Positions 8,447 to 17,552 of a DNA stretch of 64,000 nucleotides are shown here, one piece after another (position 1 is the first letter of the stretch; the number at the start of each line of letters is the position of its first letter). Source of the stretch: Alphaproteobacteria bacterium (GTDB lineage Bacteria; Pseudomonadota; Alphaproteobacteria; Micavibrionales; SZUA-601); contig OZ244156.1 of assembly GCA_965216395.1 (NCBI GenBank), forward strand, positions 1,454,674-1,518,673, in the 5' to 3' direction. The notes beneath the pieces were generated by a model. That model was given only the letters and a program-made list of their open reading frames with translations. It made no database searches and had not been told where the DNA came from. Both the position numbers and the translations under genes were made by a program.

Positions 8447-9250
8447 ATGACTTTGAAACCACACCCTAAAATTAACAGCATGATCATCATCCCTGCGGGT
8501 GATTTTGTCATGGGGTGCGATGATGGTTTGGTTCATGAAAAACCGGCCCATTCGGTTTATCTAGACGAATTTGCGATTGATCAATATCCCGTGACCAATG
8601 CACAATTTAAGGAATTTATCAAAGCCTGTCCGTCTTGGCAGAAAGATGCGGGCGTTCAACGCTATCTCAACACCTATTATCTTTATACATGGCGCAAGGG
8701 TTTAATATACCCTAAGGGAAAGCGTGATCATCCGGCCGTTTACATGAATTGGTACGCCGCGGCTGCGTATTGTAATTGGCGCTCACATCGTGATGGTTAC
8801 ACCCCCTGTTACGACGAAGAGAATGATTTTGCTTGTGATTTTTCGGCTAATGGCTATCGCTTACCGAGTGAGGCTGAATTTGAAAAAGCCGCCCGTGGCG
8901 GTGAGACGGGCACGCTTTATCCATGGGGCCATGATATTGATAAAACCAAGGCCAACTATGACAATATCATCGGCGATACGAGTGAGGTTGGCGCCTATCC
9001 GCCCAACGGGTTTAACCTCTATGATATGGGGGGTAATATTGGCCATTGGTGCCAAGATTGGTTTGATCCCAATTGTTACCAAAACCGTAACCAAAAAAAT
9101 CCATCAGGCCCCAAAAAAGGTACACATCGTGCCTATCGCGGTGGTTCATGGGGCAACCCAAAAGAATACCAACGCGTCGCCTGTCGTTTTTGGATGTTAC
9201 CGGAAAATACCAATCCCGATTTTGGTTTTCGCTGTGTGCGGAAAGTTTAA
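8447..9250 (+). CDS. Formylglycine-generating enzyme (FGE/SUMF1) domain protein
   Basis: IPAGDFVMG, PVTNAQF, HPAVYMNW, RLPSEAEFEKAARGG, NGFNLYDMGGN, RGGSW, GFRC. Promoter TTGTAT-N17-TACACT at 8408-8436. Start 8447 or 8480. Confidence 0.9.
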   Translation: MTLKPHPKINSMIIIPAGDFVMGCDDGLVHEKPAHSVYLDEFAIDQYPVTNAQFKEFIKACPSWQKDAGVQRYLNTYYLYTWRKGLIYPKGKRDHPAVYMNWYAAAAYCNWRSHRDGYTPCYDEENDFACDFSANGYRLPSEAEFEKAARGGETGTLYPWGHDIDKTKANYDNIIGDTSEVGAYPPNGFNLYDMGGNIGHWCQDWFDPNCYQNRNQKNPSGPKKGTHRAYRGGSWGNPKEYQRVACRFWMLPENTNPDFGFRCVRKV

Positions 9251-9346
9251 TTTACGGATGAATATATCAAAATCTTCTCTACGAAAAATTAACCTTATTT
9301 GTGCCAGAATAACGTTTCTTTCAATTCTTTGACAAGGTTTTTGATT

Positions 9347-11146
9347 ATGCCGGTTTATAAAGCCCCTCTTACTGATATTCGTTTTATTTTGGATGATGTT
9401 TTGGACTTTGCCCAAATAAGCAATCTGCCCGGATATGAGGAAGCCACGCCTGATCTGATCAATGCCATTTTAGAAGAGGGTGGCAAGGTCTGTGAAGAAG
9501 TGTTTTTCCCGCTTAATCTTTCGGGTGATCAAGAAGGGTGCACATTTAAAGATGGCGAGGTCACCACACCTAAAGGCTTTAAGGAAGCCTATGATCTCTA
9601 TGCGGAAAGCGGTTGGAACGGACTGTCTTCTGATCCACAATATGGCGGCCAAGGCATGCCACAAACGCTGTCCACCATCATGGCGGAACTGATCTCCAGT
9701 GCCAATCTTTCCTTTGGTATGTATCCAGGATTGACCCAAGGGGCGATGAATGCTTTGAAAATTTATGGCACAGATGAACAAAAACAAACCTATCTGCCGC
9801 CGATGATTGAAGGGCGCTGGTCGGGCACAATGAATCTGACCGAACCCCATTGTGGCACGGATTTAGGCTTGATCCGCACCAAGGCGGAGGATAATAACGA
9901 TGGATCTTACGCCATTACGGGAACGAAAATTTATATCTCGGCGGGTGAACATGATTTATGCGAAAATATCATTCACCTTGTTCTGGCGCGTTTGCCCGAT
10001 GCACCTGAAGGGGTGAAGGGGATTTCTCTCTTCGTCGTACCGAAATTTATGCCCAAAGAAGATGGGTCTATCGGGGAACGTAACACTCTGGCTTGCGGGT
10101 CCATTGAACACAAAATGGGCATCCATGCCAATTCCACCTGTGTCATGAATTATGAAGGGGCGAAAGGCTGGCTGGTCGGTGAACCGCATAAAGGTTTGCG
10201 GGCCATGTTCGTCATGATGAATGAAGCACGCCTCCATGTCGGGATGCAAGGGCTGGGCATCGCCGAAGTCGCTTATCAAAATGCGGTTTCTTACGCCAAG
10301 GAACGTCTCCAAGGCCGCGCCTTATCGGGCCCGAAATATCCCGAAAAAGCCGCTGATCCGATTCTTGTTCATCCCGATATCCGCAAAGGGTTGATGCGGG
10401 CCAAGGCCTTTACCGAAGGGGCACGAATGCTTGCAATTTGGACCGCGATGAAAATTGATATCGAACATAAAACTACCGACCCCCAAGAAAAACAAGAAGC
10501 GGATGATTTTATTGCCCTGATGACGCCCATTATCAAAGCATATTTTACCGATATGGGTTTTGAAGTGGCCAATATTGGCATCCAAACCCATGGCGGTATG
10601 GGTTTTATTGCCGAAACGGGGGTAGAACAATATGCCCGTGATGCGCGTATTACCATGATTTATGAAGGGACAAACGGTATCCAAGCGCTGGATCTCGTCG
10701 GGCGTAAAATGGCACAACATTTTGGCCGCAGCTTAAGACAATTTTTTCATCCCGCGCAGGCATTTATAGAAGAAAACCAAACGAATGAAGATTTGAGTGA
10801 ATTTATTTTTCCCTTTGCCAAGGCTTTTGCCAAATTACAGCAAGCCAGTATTATGGTGGCCACAAATTCATTAAAAAATCGCGATGAAGCCGGCGCGGCT
10901 TCAACCGATTATTTGCGGATGTTTGCGCTGAATGTCATGGCGCTGTGTTGGTTGAAAATGATCAAAGTGGCACAAGAAAAAATCGCAGCAAACGCGGCAA
11001 ATAAAAAATTCTATGAAACCAAAATTAAAACCGGCCGATTTTTCTTTGAAAAAATGTTGCCCGAGGCGAATAGCTGTTTCACATCCCTTTCTTCGGGGAC
11101 TTCGTCGATCATGGCCTTGGATGAAGACGCATTTGATCGCGCTTAA
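9347..11146 (+). CDS. Acyl-CoA dehydrogenase (long, about 600-aa bacterial type)
   Basis: MPVYKAPLTD start, GTMNLTEPHCGTDL, ITGTKIYISAGEH, EHKMGIHANSTC, IYEGTNGIQALDL. Confidence 0.95.
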   Translation: MPVYKAPLTDIRFILDDVLDFAQISNLPGYEEATPDLINAILEEGGKVCEEVFFPLNLSGDQEGCTFKDGEVTTPKGFKEAYDLYAESGWNGLSSDPQYGGQGMPQTLSTIMAELISSANLSFGMYPGLTQGAMNALKIYGTDEQKQTYLPPMIEGRWSGTMNLTEPHCGTDLGLIRTKAEDNNDGSYAITGTKIYISAGEHDLCENIIHLVLARLPDAPEGVKGISLFVVPKFMPKEDGSIGERNTLACGSIEHKMGIHANSTCVMNYEGAKGWLVGEPHKGLRAMFVMMNEARLHVGMQGLGIAEVAYQNAVSYAKERLQGRALSGPKYPEKAADPILVHPDIRKGLMRAKAFTEGARMLAIWTAMKIDIEHKTTDPQEKQEADDFIALMTPIIKAYFTDMGFEVANIGIQTHGGMGFIAETGVEQYARDARITMIYEGTNGIQALDLVGRKMAQHFGRSLRQFFHPAQAFIEENQTNEDLSEFIFPFAKAFAKLQQASIMVATNSLKNRDEAGAASTDYLRMFALNVMALCWLKMIKVAQEKIAANAANKKFYETKIKTGRFFFEKMLPEANSCFTSLSSGTSSIMALDEDAFDRA

Positions 11147-11230
11147 ACATACATAAGCGTGAATTTATAATTGACATAGGAATCATATTTTGACTATATA
11201 ATAGAGGTAAGAAGAAACGCTTACAGACAG

Positions 11231-12049
11231 ATGGACAAAATGGCCGATATCGTGAAAAAGCTTAAAAGTCTCAGTGATGAAGAACACCATTTGATTAAAA
11301 ATGGCCATGGTGAACAATCAGCTGATATTCAGATCATAAAAAACAAGATTAAAGCCGTTAAGAGAAATCATAAAACAAACCAAAGAAGAAAACGCTTAAA
11401 AAAGCGGCGCGAAAAGTCAGAGGATTTTGTCAATCTGGATCAAAACCCAAAAAGAAATATTGATGCATTACAAAGAAAGCATAATGAATTCGATGAATTT
11501 GGCGCGATCATTTTTAAAGTCAACGCTGATGATATTGTTGTTGCCTTTCCTGACTTCAATAAAAAGCTCGTCATTGAAAAATCAAATCAATATAGCTATG
11601 AAGACCTAATCACTGACACGGTTTTTAAATTAGCGGTCAATAAAATCCTTTACAGAAACAGAGTGCAAAAAAACGGCAAAGATTTTATTGAAGAACCCCT
11701 TGAATCGGCAATTCCTGCCTCCAGTTATGATGAAAAATTCCCCAAAATTGATCTCTTCGATTTAGATAATGAATTGGATGATGTTAAACCGCCAATATTT
11801 ACCTTTATTTCAATTAATATTACAGATGTATTTGCGCGCGCCGAAGAAAACACACAACCACTTAAGTATAAAAAAAATATTTGGGATTACACGAATGAAA
11901 CATCTTATCATGATAATCCCAAAGCCTTAAAAATCATCAAGCTTTATGAAGGTCAATGTAATGTTCTGCTCGAAAATATCGTTAAAAAAGAGACTGAGCG
12001 CAAAGCTTTAGAAAAGCACGATATACTCCATTGCAGAGTGGGCGCATAA
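11231..12049 (+). CDS. Hypothetical protein with a HicB-like domain
   Basis: GAIIFKVNADDIVVAFPDF...KDFIEEP resembles the HicB N-terminal domain (YxAIF...GxxxVxFPDL...GEEIPEP); basic N-terminal extension; AATTGACATA at 11169-11178. Confidence 0.5.
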   Translation: MDKMADIVKKLKSLSDEEHHLIKNGHGEQSADIQIIKNKIKAVKRNHKTNQRRKRLKKRREKSEDFVNLDQNPKRNIDALQRKHNEFDEFGAIIFKVNADDIVVAFPDFNKKLVIEKSNQYSYEDLITDTVFKLAVNKILYRNRVQKNGKDFIEEPLESAIPASSYDEKFPKIDLFDLDNELDDVKPPIFTFISINITDVFARAEENTQPLKYKKNIWDYTNETSYHDNPKALKIIKLYEGQCNVLLENIVKKETERKALEKHDILHCRVGA

Positions 12050-12098
12050 GCCAAATATTGGCTTGACTCTCTGTTTCTTTATTGAACATAATACCTTT

Positions 12099-12944
12099 AT
12101 GTATTCTGACAATAAAAAATTCATCATTGATGACGATGGGCGTTATACCACTATGGTTGTTCGTTCTAAAAACCATGTTAAAGGTCTAGAATACTATTAT
12201 TTTGCGGATTTTATTGAAAAATCATTTGAACCTGTTTTAACGTTACCGGCTGATTTTTCTTCGGATAAAAAATTAGAGACCATAAAAGATTATCTTTATG
12301 ACCTCACCCTGTCTCATATGCATCATTTTCATGATTTGCCCAAACCACTTGGTCTTGAAAATACCAAAACCATTTACCGCAACATTGTGGATGATTTGGC
12401 GGATGATATTATCGCCATTACTGTAAAGATTCCCTATCACGAAAAAAAATATTATTATCAACAAGCCGCGCGCGCAATGTCCTTGTCTAAAACAGGGTGT
12501 GCCCATCTGCATCCGGAAATCATCCATGAAGAAAATCGCCGTTTTTGGGTTTTGGCTATTGATACCGATAACCGATCCATATCCGAAGATATTTTAAAAC
12601 CTATCCCCTATGACATGAGTGGCGATGGGTTTGAAATTTATTTTCCTGATCTGGCTAATAATGTCATAGCCGATACATTATTTTGTAGTGAAATCGAGAT
12701 GCATATCCAAACGCCAAAGATTCTTGTTCAGAGCTTGGAAGATTTTTATTTCAAAAACGATTATTTTCCCAAAACATACACAGAAGAAGAAATGCTTATT
12801 AAACTACAAGATGATTATGGATATGATGTGGAAGATCCCTCTGAAACATTTTTCTCTGTCACAGTGCCGTTGGATGATTGTTTAAGAATAATTGAAAAAA
12901 AATACCAAACCCACCAACATATCAATAAATTGAGATATGAATAG
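12099..12944 (+). CDS. Hypothetical protein with two HicB-like domains
   Basis: EYYYFADF...HDLPKP and GDGFEIYFPDL...DYFPKT. Start at ATG 12099, 6 nt after TTGACT-N18-CATAAT. Confidence 0.5.
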   Translation: MYSDNKKFIIDDDGRYTTMVVRSKNHVKGLEYYYFADFIEKSFEPVLTLPADFSSDKKLETIKDYLYDLTLSHMHHFHDLPKPLGLENTKTIYRNIVDDLADDIIAITVKIPYHEKKYYYQQAARAMSLSKTGCAHLHPEIIHEENRRFWVLAIDTDNRSISEDILKPIPYDMSGDGFEIYFPDLANNVIADTLFCSEIEMHIQTPKILVQSLEDFYFKNDYFPKTYTEEEMLIKLQDDYGYDVEDPSETFFSVTVPLDDCLRIIEKKYQTHQHINKLRYE

Positions 12945-13008
12945 AATTGTGGTTATTAAAAACTAATTTTCTTGACAATCTTGTACTAAAATTATCATAC
13001 TCTTACTC

Positions 13009-13968
13009 ATGTATGGAAATTCTAAAGATTACTTAGGCTATCAAACATGGGTTGTATTAAAACCTATGAGCCCGTCTTATAATATCATTTATTTTCCTGA
13101 TTTCCCTGAGGCTGACGGATTCTATATTCAAAAAAAAGCCCTGTCAGAAGATAAGGCCGCGATTATATACGCTAAGTTAGAAAACTATCTTTATCACAGA
13201 ATCAAAGCAAAGGATGAGATACCTATTTCTATGGGCTCGCAAGACTTGAAAACCATTTATGACCCACTTTGTCCTGATGAAAAGGATGATAATCCCGATT
13301 CTGTCGTGGGCAGTTCATTGGTTGAGATTAATATCTGGGATATCTTGAACCGCGTCTATCCATGTGAAGATAAGGGACAAGCTTTGATCTCCTATCCTGA
13401 AAAAAATGTCTTACCCATCAAAATCTTTCAAAAACAGACGGAGAGAATAACAGAAAAAACGGAAAGACCCAAGGCAAGAACAGCTTTTAGCCCTCATTTT
13501 TGGGCGGTGATTTTTGATACCACAGATGACGACTTAACGAATAAAAAAACTTATCAGGTTCATTTCCCCGAACTGAATGATCATAGTAGTGTCCATTACA
13601 CCATCACCTGTCTTATCAGTGATTTAGATGAAGCGGTTGAGGCGCAATATCTGAAACTATTGAAAAATCGGTGCCAATATCATGACTTACCCCAACCATG
13701 GACCAAAGAACAGGTTCAACAATGGGCAACAAAAAACAAACATGATGATCTTTCCTTTATCGTACCTCTGTGTGATCTTGATGAAGATGGCGGTGTTTTT
13801 GAAATGAGTCTTGCTGAAGATCACTTTCATAAAATTCTGCACATTCAAAAAGATTTGGAGAGATTTCAAAACAACGCGCCTAGATCAAACATACTTAAAC
13901 AGCGCTATCCGTCGGATGAACATCAACGCAGATGGCCACCCAAAGATGGTTCAAATTTAAAACCATAA
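13009..13968 (+). CDS. Hypothetical protein with two HicB-like domains
   Basis: YNIIYFPDFPEADG...LENYLYHRIKAKDEIPIS and WAVIFD...YQVHFPELN...HDLPQP. Confidence 0.55.
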   Translation: MYGNSKDYLGYQTWVVLKPMSPSYNIIYFPDFPEADGFYIQKKALSEDKAAIIYAKLENYLYHRIKAKDEIPISMGSQDLKTIYDPLCPDEKDDNPDSVVGSSLVEINIWDILNRVYPCEDKGQALISYPEKNVLPIKIFQKQTERITEKTERPKARTAFSPHFWAVIFDTTDDDLTNKKTYQVHFPELNDHSSVHYTITCLISDLDEAVEAQYLKLLKNRCQYHDLPQPWTKEQVQQWATKNKHDDLSFIVPLCDLDEDGGVFEMSLAEDHFHKILHIQKDLERFQNNAPRSNILKQRYPSDEHQRRWPPKDGSNLKP

Positions 13969-14007
13969 TTTGACATTTTCGTAACCTTTTTCGCCTATAT
14001 TTATTTT

Positions 14008-14313
14008 ATGTCTTTAGAAACCGTTACCAAACAACTGAGCAATCAAGCCAAATTTGCGCCCAAGATTGGCTATAAAATTTTGGTCGATTTTGGCGATGAT
14101 GGCGTGATTTTTATTGATGGTGAAGACCATCCAGCGCAAATTTCTAACACGGATTCAGGCGACGCCGTAACCACGATGAAAACGTCTCTGACTGTTTTTG
14201 AAGGGATTATGAACGGCACCCAAGACCCCACCATGGCCGTCATGATGGGCAAATTAAAAGTGACGGGCAAAATGGGCGTGGCCATGAAACTGGCCAGTAT
14301 TTTAGAAGATTAA
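14008..14313 (+). CDS. SCP2 sterol/lipid-binding domain protein
   Basis: DPTMAVMMGKLKVTGKMGVAMKL C-terminal SCP2 signature, 101 aa. Confidence 0.92.
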   Translation: MSLETVTKQLSNQAKFAPKIGYKILVDFGDDGVIFIDGEDHPAQISNTDSGDAVTTMKTSLTVFEGIMNGTQDPTMAVMMGKLKVTGKMGVAMKLASILED

Positions 14314-14325
14314 AAAAGCTTATTT

Positions 14326-14919
14326 TTAATTTGGTGTTTTTTGAGATTGTCCACCCACAACAATGCGCGGATTTTCAACCGGATGCGTTCTAAGCAATAA
14401 AACAGAAGTTTTACTTTGCGCCATTTGTGTGTAACGGGTTTCTGAAGATTGCACGGGTAAGATACCCATTGATTTTAAATTGGAACAAAAATTTTGATAT
14501 TGCGTTTGACATATCTGACCAACTGTTTGATAGTTTTGAAAATTTGTTTTATCAGAAAGCGTAAAACGATCCTTTAAATCTTTCACAAGTTGGTTATTGT
14601 ACCGAAAATCATCATTCAGTTCTTGATTAAAAGGGGCGCGTCCTGCATAAGCATCATCATAATTTTTAATAGATAATTTGAGAAGTTCATCTCTTTGATT
14701 GATGGCATATTCTTTAATTTTTTCAACACGCCGCCAAGCCTCTAATTCATAATTGGTTTTGGCAATAATATTCCCCTTTTTATCACGCTCAAACGGATAA
14801 TCCAGAATCCGCGTTCCCTCATAATCATCGGGATGCGCAGGGTGGTCTTTCTTATTAAAACCCAACAAAGATTGCACCGATAAAGCAATATTCCGTATGA
14901 TGTTTTTTCTTAAATTCAT
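14326..14919 (-). CDS. Hypothetical protein
   Basis: 197-aa ORF; ATG lies 6 nt after a TATTGACATA-N15-TATGTT promoter. Confidence 0.65.
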   Translation of the reverse strand: MNLRKNIIRNIALSVQSLLGFNKKDHPAHPDDYEGTRILDYPFERDKKGNIIAKTNYELEAWRRVEKIKEYAINQRDELLKLSIKNYDDAYAGRAPFNQELNDDFRYNNQLVKDLKDRFTLSDKTNFQNYQTVGQICQTQYQNFCSNLKSMGILPVQSSETRYTQMAQSKTSVLLLRTHPVENPRIVVGGQSQKTPN

Positions 14920-14925
14920 GCCATG

Positions 14926-14956
14926 AACATATCACAAACTAAACATTATGTCAATA
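14926..14956 (-). promoter_or_regulatory. Extended promoter, TATTGACATA (14956-14947) + TATGTT (14931-14926)
   Basis: Exact 10-mer on the minus strand, 17-bp spacer. Confidence 0.65.
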
Positions 14957-14986
14957 TAAATTGTTACAAAACCCATATGTAATAAT

Positions 14987-15016
14987 TATTGACATATTAT
15001 AAATAATGATTATGTT
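14987..15016 (+). promoter_or_regulatory. Extended promoter, TATTGACATA (14987-14996) + TATGTT (15011-15016)
   Basis: Exact 10-mer, 16-bp spacer; back-to-back with the minus-strand copy. Confidence 0.6.
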
Positions 15017-15024
15017 GAGTGATT

Positions 15025-15922
15025 ATGAGTAACCCAAATATAAATTATCGACCGATTCTCGACCATCCTGATTACCGCATGGGTTTGGAGATGATTCAAG
15101 CCGAGAATTACAAAGATGAGATTTATGTTTATGGTGGGGCGGTTTGTGATTATATCCTCTATCAACAGGGCGTGATCAAGGAATATCAACCGAATGATTT
15201 TGATCTTTTGATCCGCGTGAATGCTGAAGATTTTTCAAAACGGCTTGATCGTTTATATGAAAGTGGTCATTTAAAGCCACTTAAAGAGGGCCAAAAGCCT
15301 TTTCACAATATTGGTAAACATTCAGCTTTTCGAGTTATTTGGCAAAAGGAAGGTCTAAAACCAAAACACATTGATATTAAATGTATTGGGGAAGATAATT
15401 AAAGATTTAGAGAAAAAAGGGTTGTTTAAAAACTTACCCTTCGAACCCGCCTTGGGCAGTGCGGTCATGGAAAAAGTGGTAACCTTAGAAGAAAAGTTAG
15501 GTTTAAAACCACAGCGCGGGACACGTATCTTAAGTGCTTATAATGGAAATAAAGAAACCATCTGCCGTGATACAGTGATCAATAATTTGCAAATTATGAC
15601 AGAATGGCAGAAAGAGACGGAAACGCGCGAAAATAAGCTCAAAAATATGTTCAGAAAACAAAAAGAAAAAGATCAAATTCTGAAAATTGTTGAAGATATA
15701 GATCAAGAACCCGATAACGCTACACTTTTTGAGCTGTATAAAACAAATTGGTGTAATATGAAAGCACAAGATCAGCTCACCTGTTTACTACTTTCAGAGA
15801 CCGTTTATCAAATATTGACCGACTCATCAGATGAAGTAAATTTAGAAAAATTAGTCGTAAAAGAGTATTTTAACGATATCAAAGCACGATCAGATGGCGC
15901 GTCTCTTTTCAACGCACCCTAA
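15025..15922 (+). pseudogene. Class II nucleotidyltransferase (CCA-adding/poly(A) polymerase head)-like gene split by a +1 frameshift near 15390
   Basis: ORF 15019-15402 has YVYGGAVCDYIL...PNDFDLLI. The overlapping ORF 15371-15922 has ETICRDTVINNL (cf. EDxxRRDFTINA). Removing one G from ATTGGGGAAG joins the frames. Confidence 0.55.
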
Positions 15923-16538
15923 CATATTTCTTTAAAGCCGTGGCCATGTCTTTTGGGGGCGTGTTATGCGCAAAAACATCCAATAATTCACCCGATGGCG
16001 CCATTAAATAGGTGAAAGATGAATGATTGATTGTATAATCATCGGGATTGGCATCCGCGGCTTCAAACAGTACTTTTTGCTCATACACGCGATACGCTTT
16101 GGTAGCGACGCTGATTTGTTTTTGCGTGCCACTTAAGCCGATCATTTTGGGATGAAAAAGAGACATATATTCTGCCATTTGATCTGGCGTATCGCGATCA
16201 GGATCAATCGTAATCATCAAGGGTTGAATTTGCGCCACAAGATCAGCGGGCAAACTGTCCAACGCTTCCGTCATAATATTTAAATTTAACGGGCAAATAT
16301 CAGGACAATGGGTAAAGCCAAAAAAGAGCAACAAATATTGCCCTGGCCAAGATTGATGGGTGACCGTTTTGCCATGATGATCAACCAATTCAAACGAGCC
16401 ACCAATGGCCACACCTTCAACTTTTGGATCATTATAAGAACGATCGGCGGGGAGGGGTTTTTCAAATTGCAACAAAGCCAGACTCACGCCCAAACCAATC
16501 CCTAAACTGAGCAAGGCCAAAACGATTAACCGTTTCAT
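15909..16538 (-). CDS. SCO1/SenC family copper chaperone
   Basis: FGFTHCPDICP (CxxxC), TIDPDRDTP, INHSSFTYL; N-terminal membrane anchor. Confidence 0.95.
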   Translation of the reverse strand: MKRLIVLALLSLGIGLGVSLALLQFEKPLPADRSYNDPKVEGVAIGGSFELVDHHGKTVTHQSWPGQYLLLFFGFTHCPDICPLNLNIMTEALDSLPADLVAQIQPLMITIDPDRDTPDQMAEYMSLFHPKMIGLSGTQKQISVATKAYRVYEQKVLFEAADANPDDYTINHSSFTYLMAPSGELLDVFAHNTPPKDMATALKKYVRVR

Positions 16539-16604
16539 CAATATCTTTCCTTTTCTTATCAAAATTCAGATTATATCTTATAGATTTTTATCCTTTTGTG
16601 AATG

Positions 16605-17552
16605 TTAAAACGAAAGTGACCAACCAATTTTCGGGATTATCTTTTGACCCGTATCGGGCGATAGAAAGGCATCGCGCGCCGACCCGCCGCGTTTAACCAC
16701 TTCGATTAATTGGACAACCGATTTGTCGCTATAAACAAAACAACTACTGCCTTTTGATAGCGCTGTTTGACCATCATCAACAGCAAATATCCCATGGGCA
16801 GCTTTGGCGATCAAAGCGCCGTTGTGGTCGTTATGAGAAATATTTACTTGAATGTTTTTATCAAGAGAAAGGGGCGCTTTACACGTCGCCTTAATATTGC
16901 CATAGCCATCAATATAGACAATTTTATTCTCAGGAATATCAGGAATAATAGCTTGCCAATCCTCTATAATTGTCAGCAAAGTATTAAATTGATCCGATAA
17001 GGGCGTGTCATCACCCTTTAATATTTGCGCTACAACCAGCGGGTAAATATAAGCCGAGCGAAACTGCCCCAAAGCATGCAACGCCAAATCTGAATAATCA
17101 CCAGAATTAAGCACAGCAATATCGGCCAAATTATCGGGAATATTAACATGATAAAATTGATCAATGTCTTTTTTAATAAAAGACAGGGAAAAACCACTAT
17201 TCACCGCAAAGACCAATCGCCCGTTTTTTAATTTGACGAAACAAAACCCTTCACCCTCATTGGTTTTTTTCGCCGCTCGGTTTTTTTGCCGTGGTGCGGT
17301 ATTAACAAAAAAGATTTGGTTCTCCAAAGAATTGAGCGGGTTAAGCGCCCGCCGCCCTAAAATATATCCCGTTTCCAATGTGTTAAAAGCACCGACATTC
17401 ACCTTATCATAAGCGATAGTTTTGAGACCTTGTGTTGCCAAACTGCTATAAAGATTATCTTTGACCAAACCATGCGCATCATCATCATTATAATCGGCAA
17501 TTGTGACAATATGGACAGAGGTTTTTTGTGTATTCTTACGTGTAAAATTCAT
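16605..17552 (-). CDS. SAM hydrolase/SAM-dependent halogenase family protein (DUF62)
   Basis: IADY, FVNTAPR...NEGEGF, VNSGFSLSF, QFRSAYIYP, YIDGYGNIK. Confidence 0.8.
   Translation of the reverse strand: MNFTRKNTQKTSVHIVTIADYNDDDAHGLVKDNLYSSLATQGLKTIAYDKVNVGAFNTLETGYILGRRALNPLNSLENQIFFVNTAPRQKNRAAKKTNEGEGFCFVKLKNGRLVFAVNSGFSLSFIKKDIDQFYHVNIPDNLADIAVLNSGDYSDLALHALGQFRSAYIYPLVVAQILKGDDTPLSDQFNTLLTIIEDWQAIIPDIPENKIVYIDGYGNIKATCKAPLSLDKNIQVNISHNDHNGALIAKAAHGIFAVDDGQTALSKGSSCFVYSDKSVVQLIEVVKRGGSARDAFLSPDTGQKIIPKIGWSLSF

Noticed and set aside
8447-9250. Ergothioneine, ovothiol or selenoneine synthase (EgtB/OvoA/SenA)
   Set aside because: Too short; lacks the N-terminal DinB-like metal-binding domain; no partner genes
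16605-17552. Calling the DUF62 protein a fluorinase or chlorinase
   Set aside because: There is no halometabolite cluster context, and family membership alone does not define the chemistry
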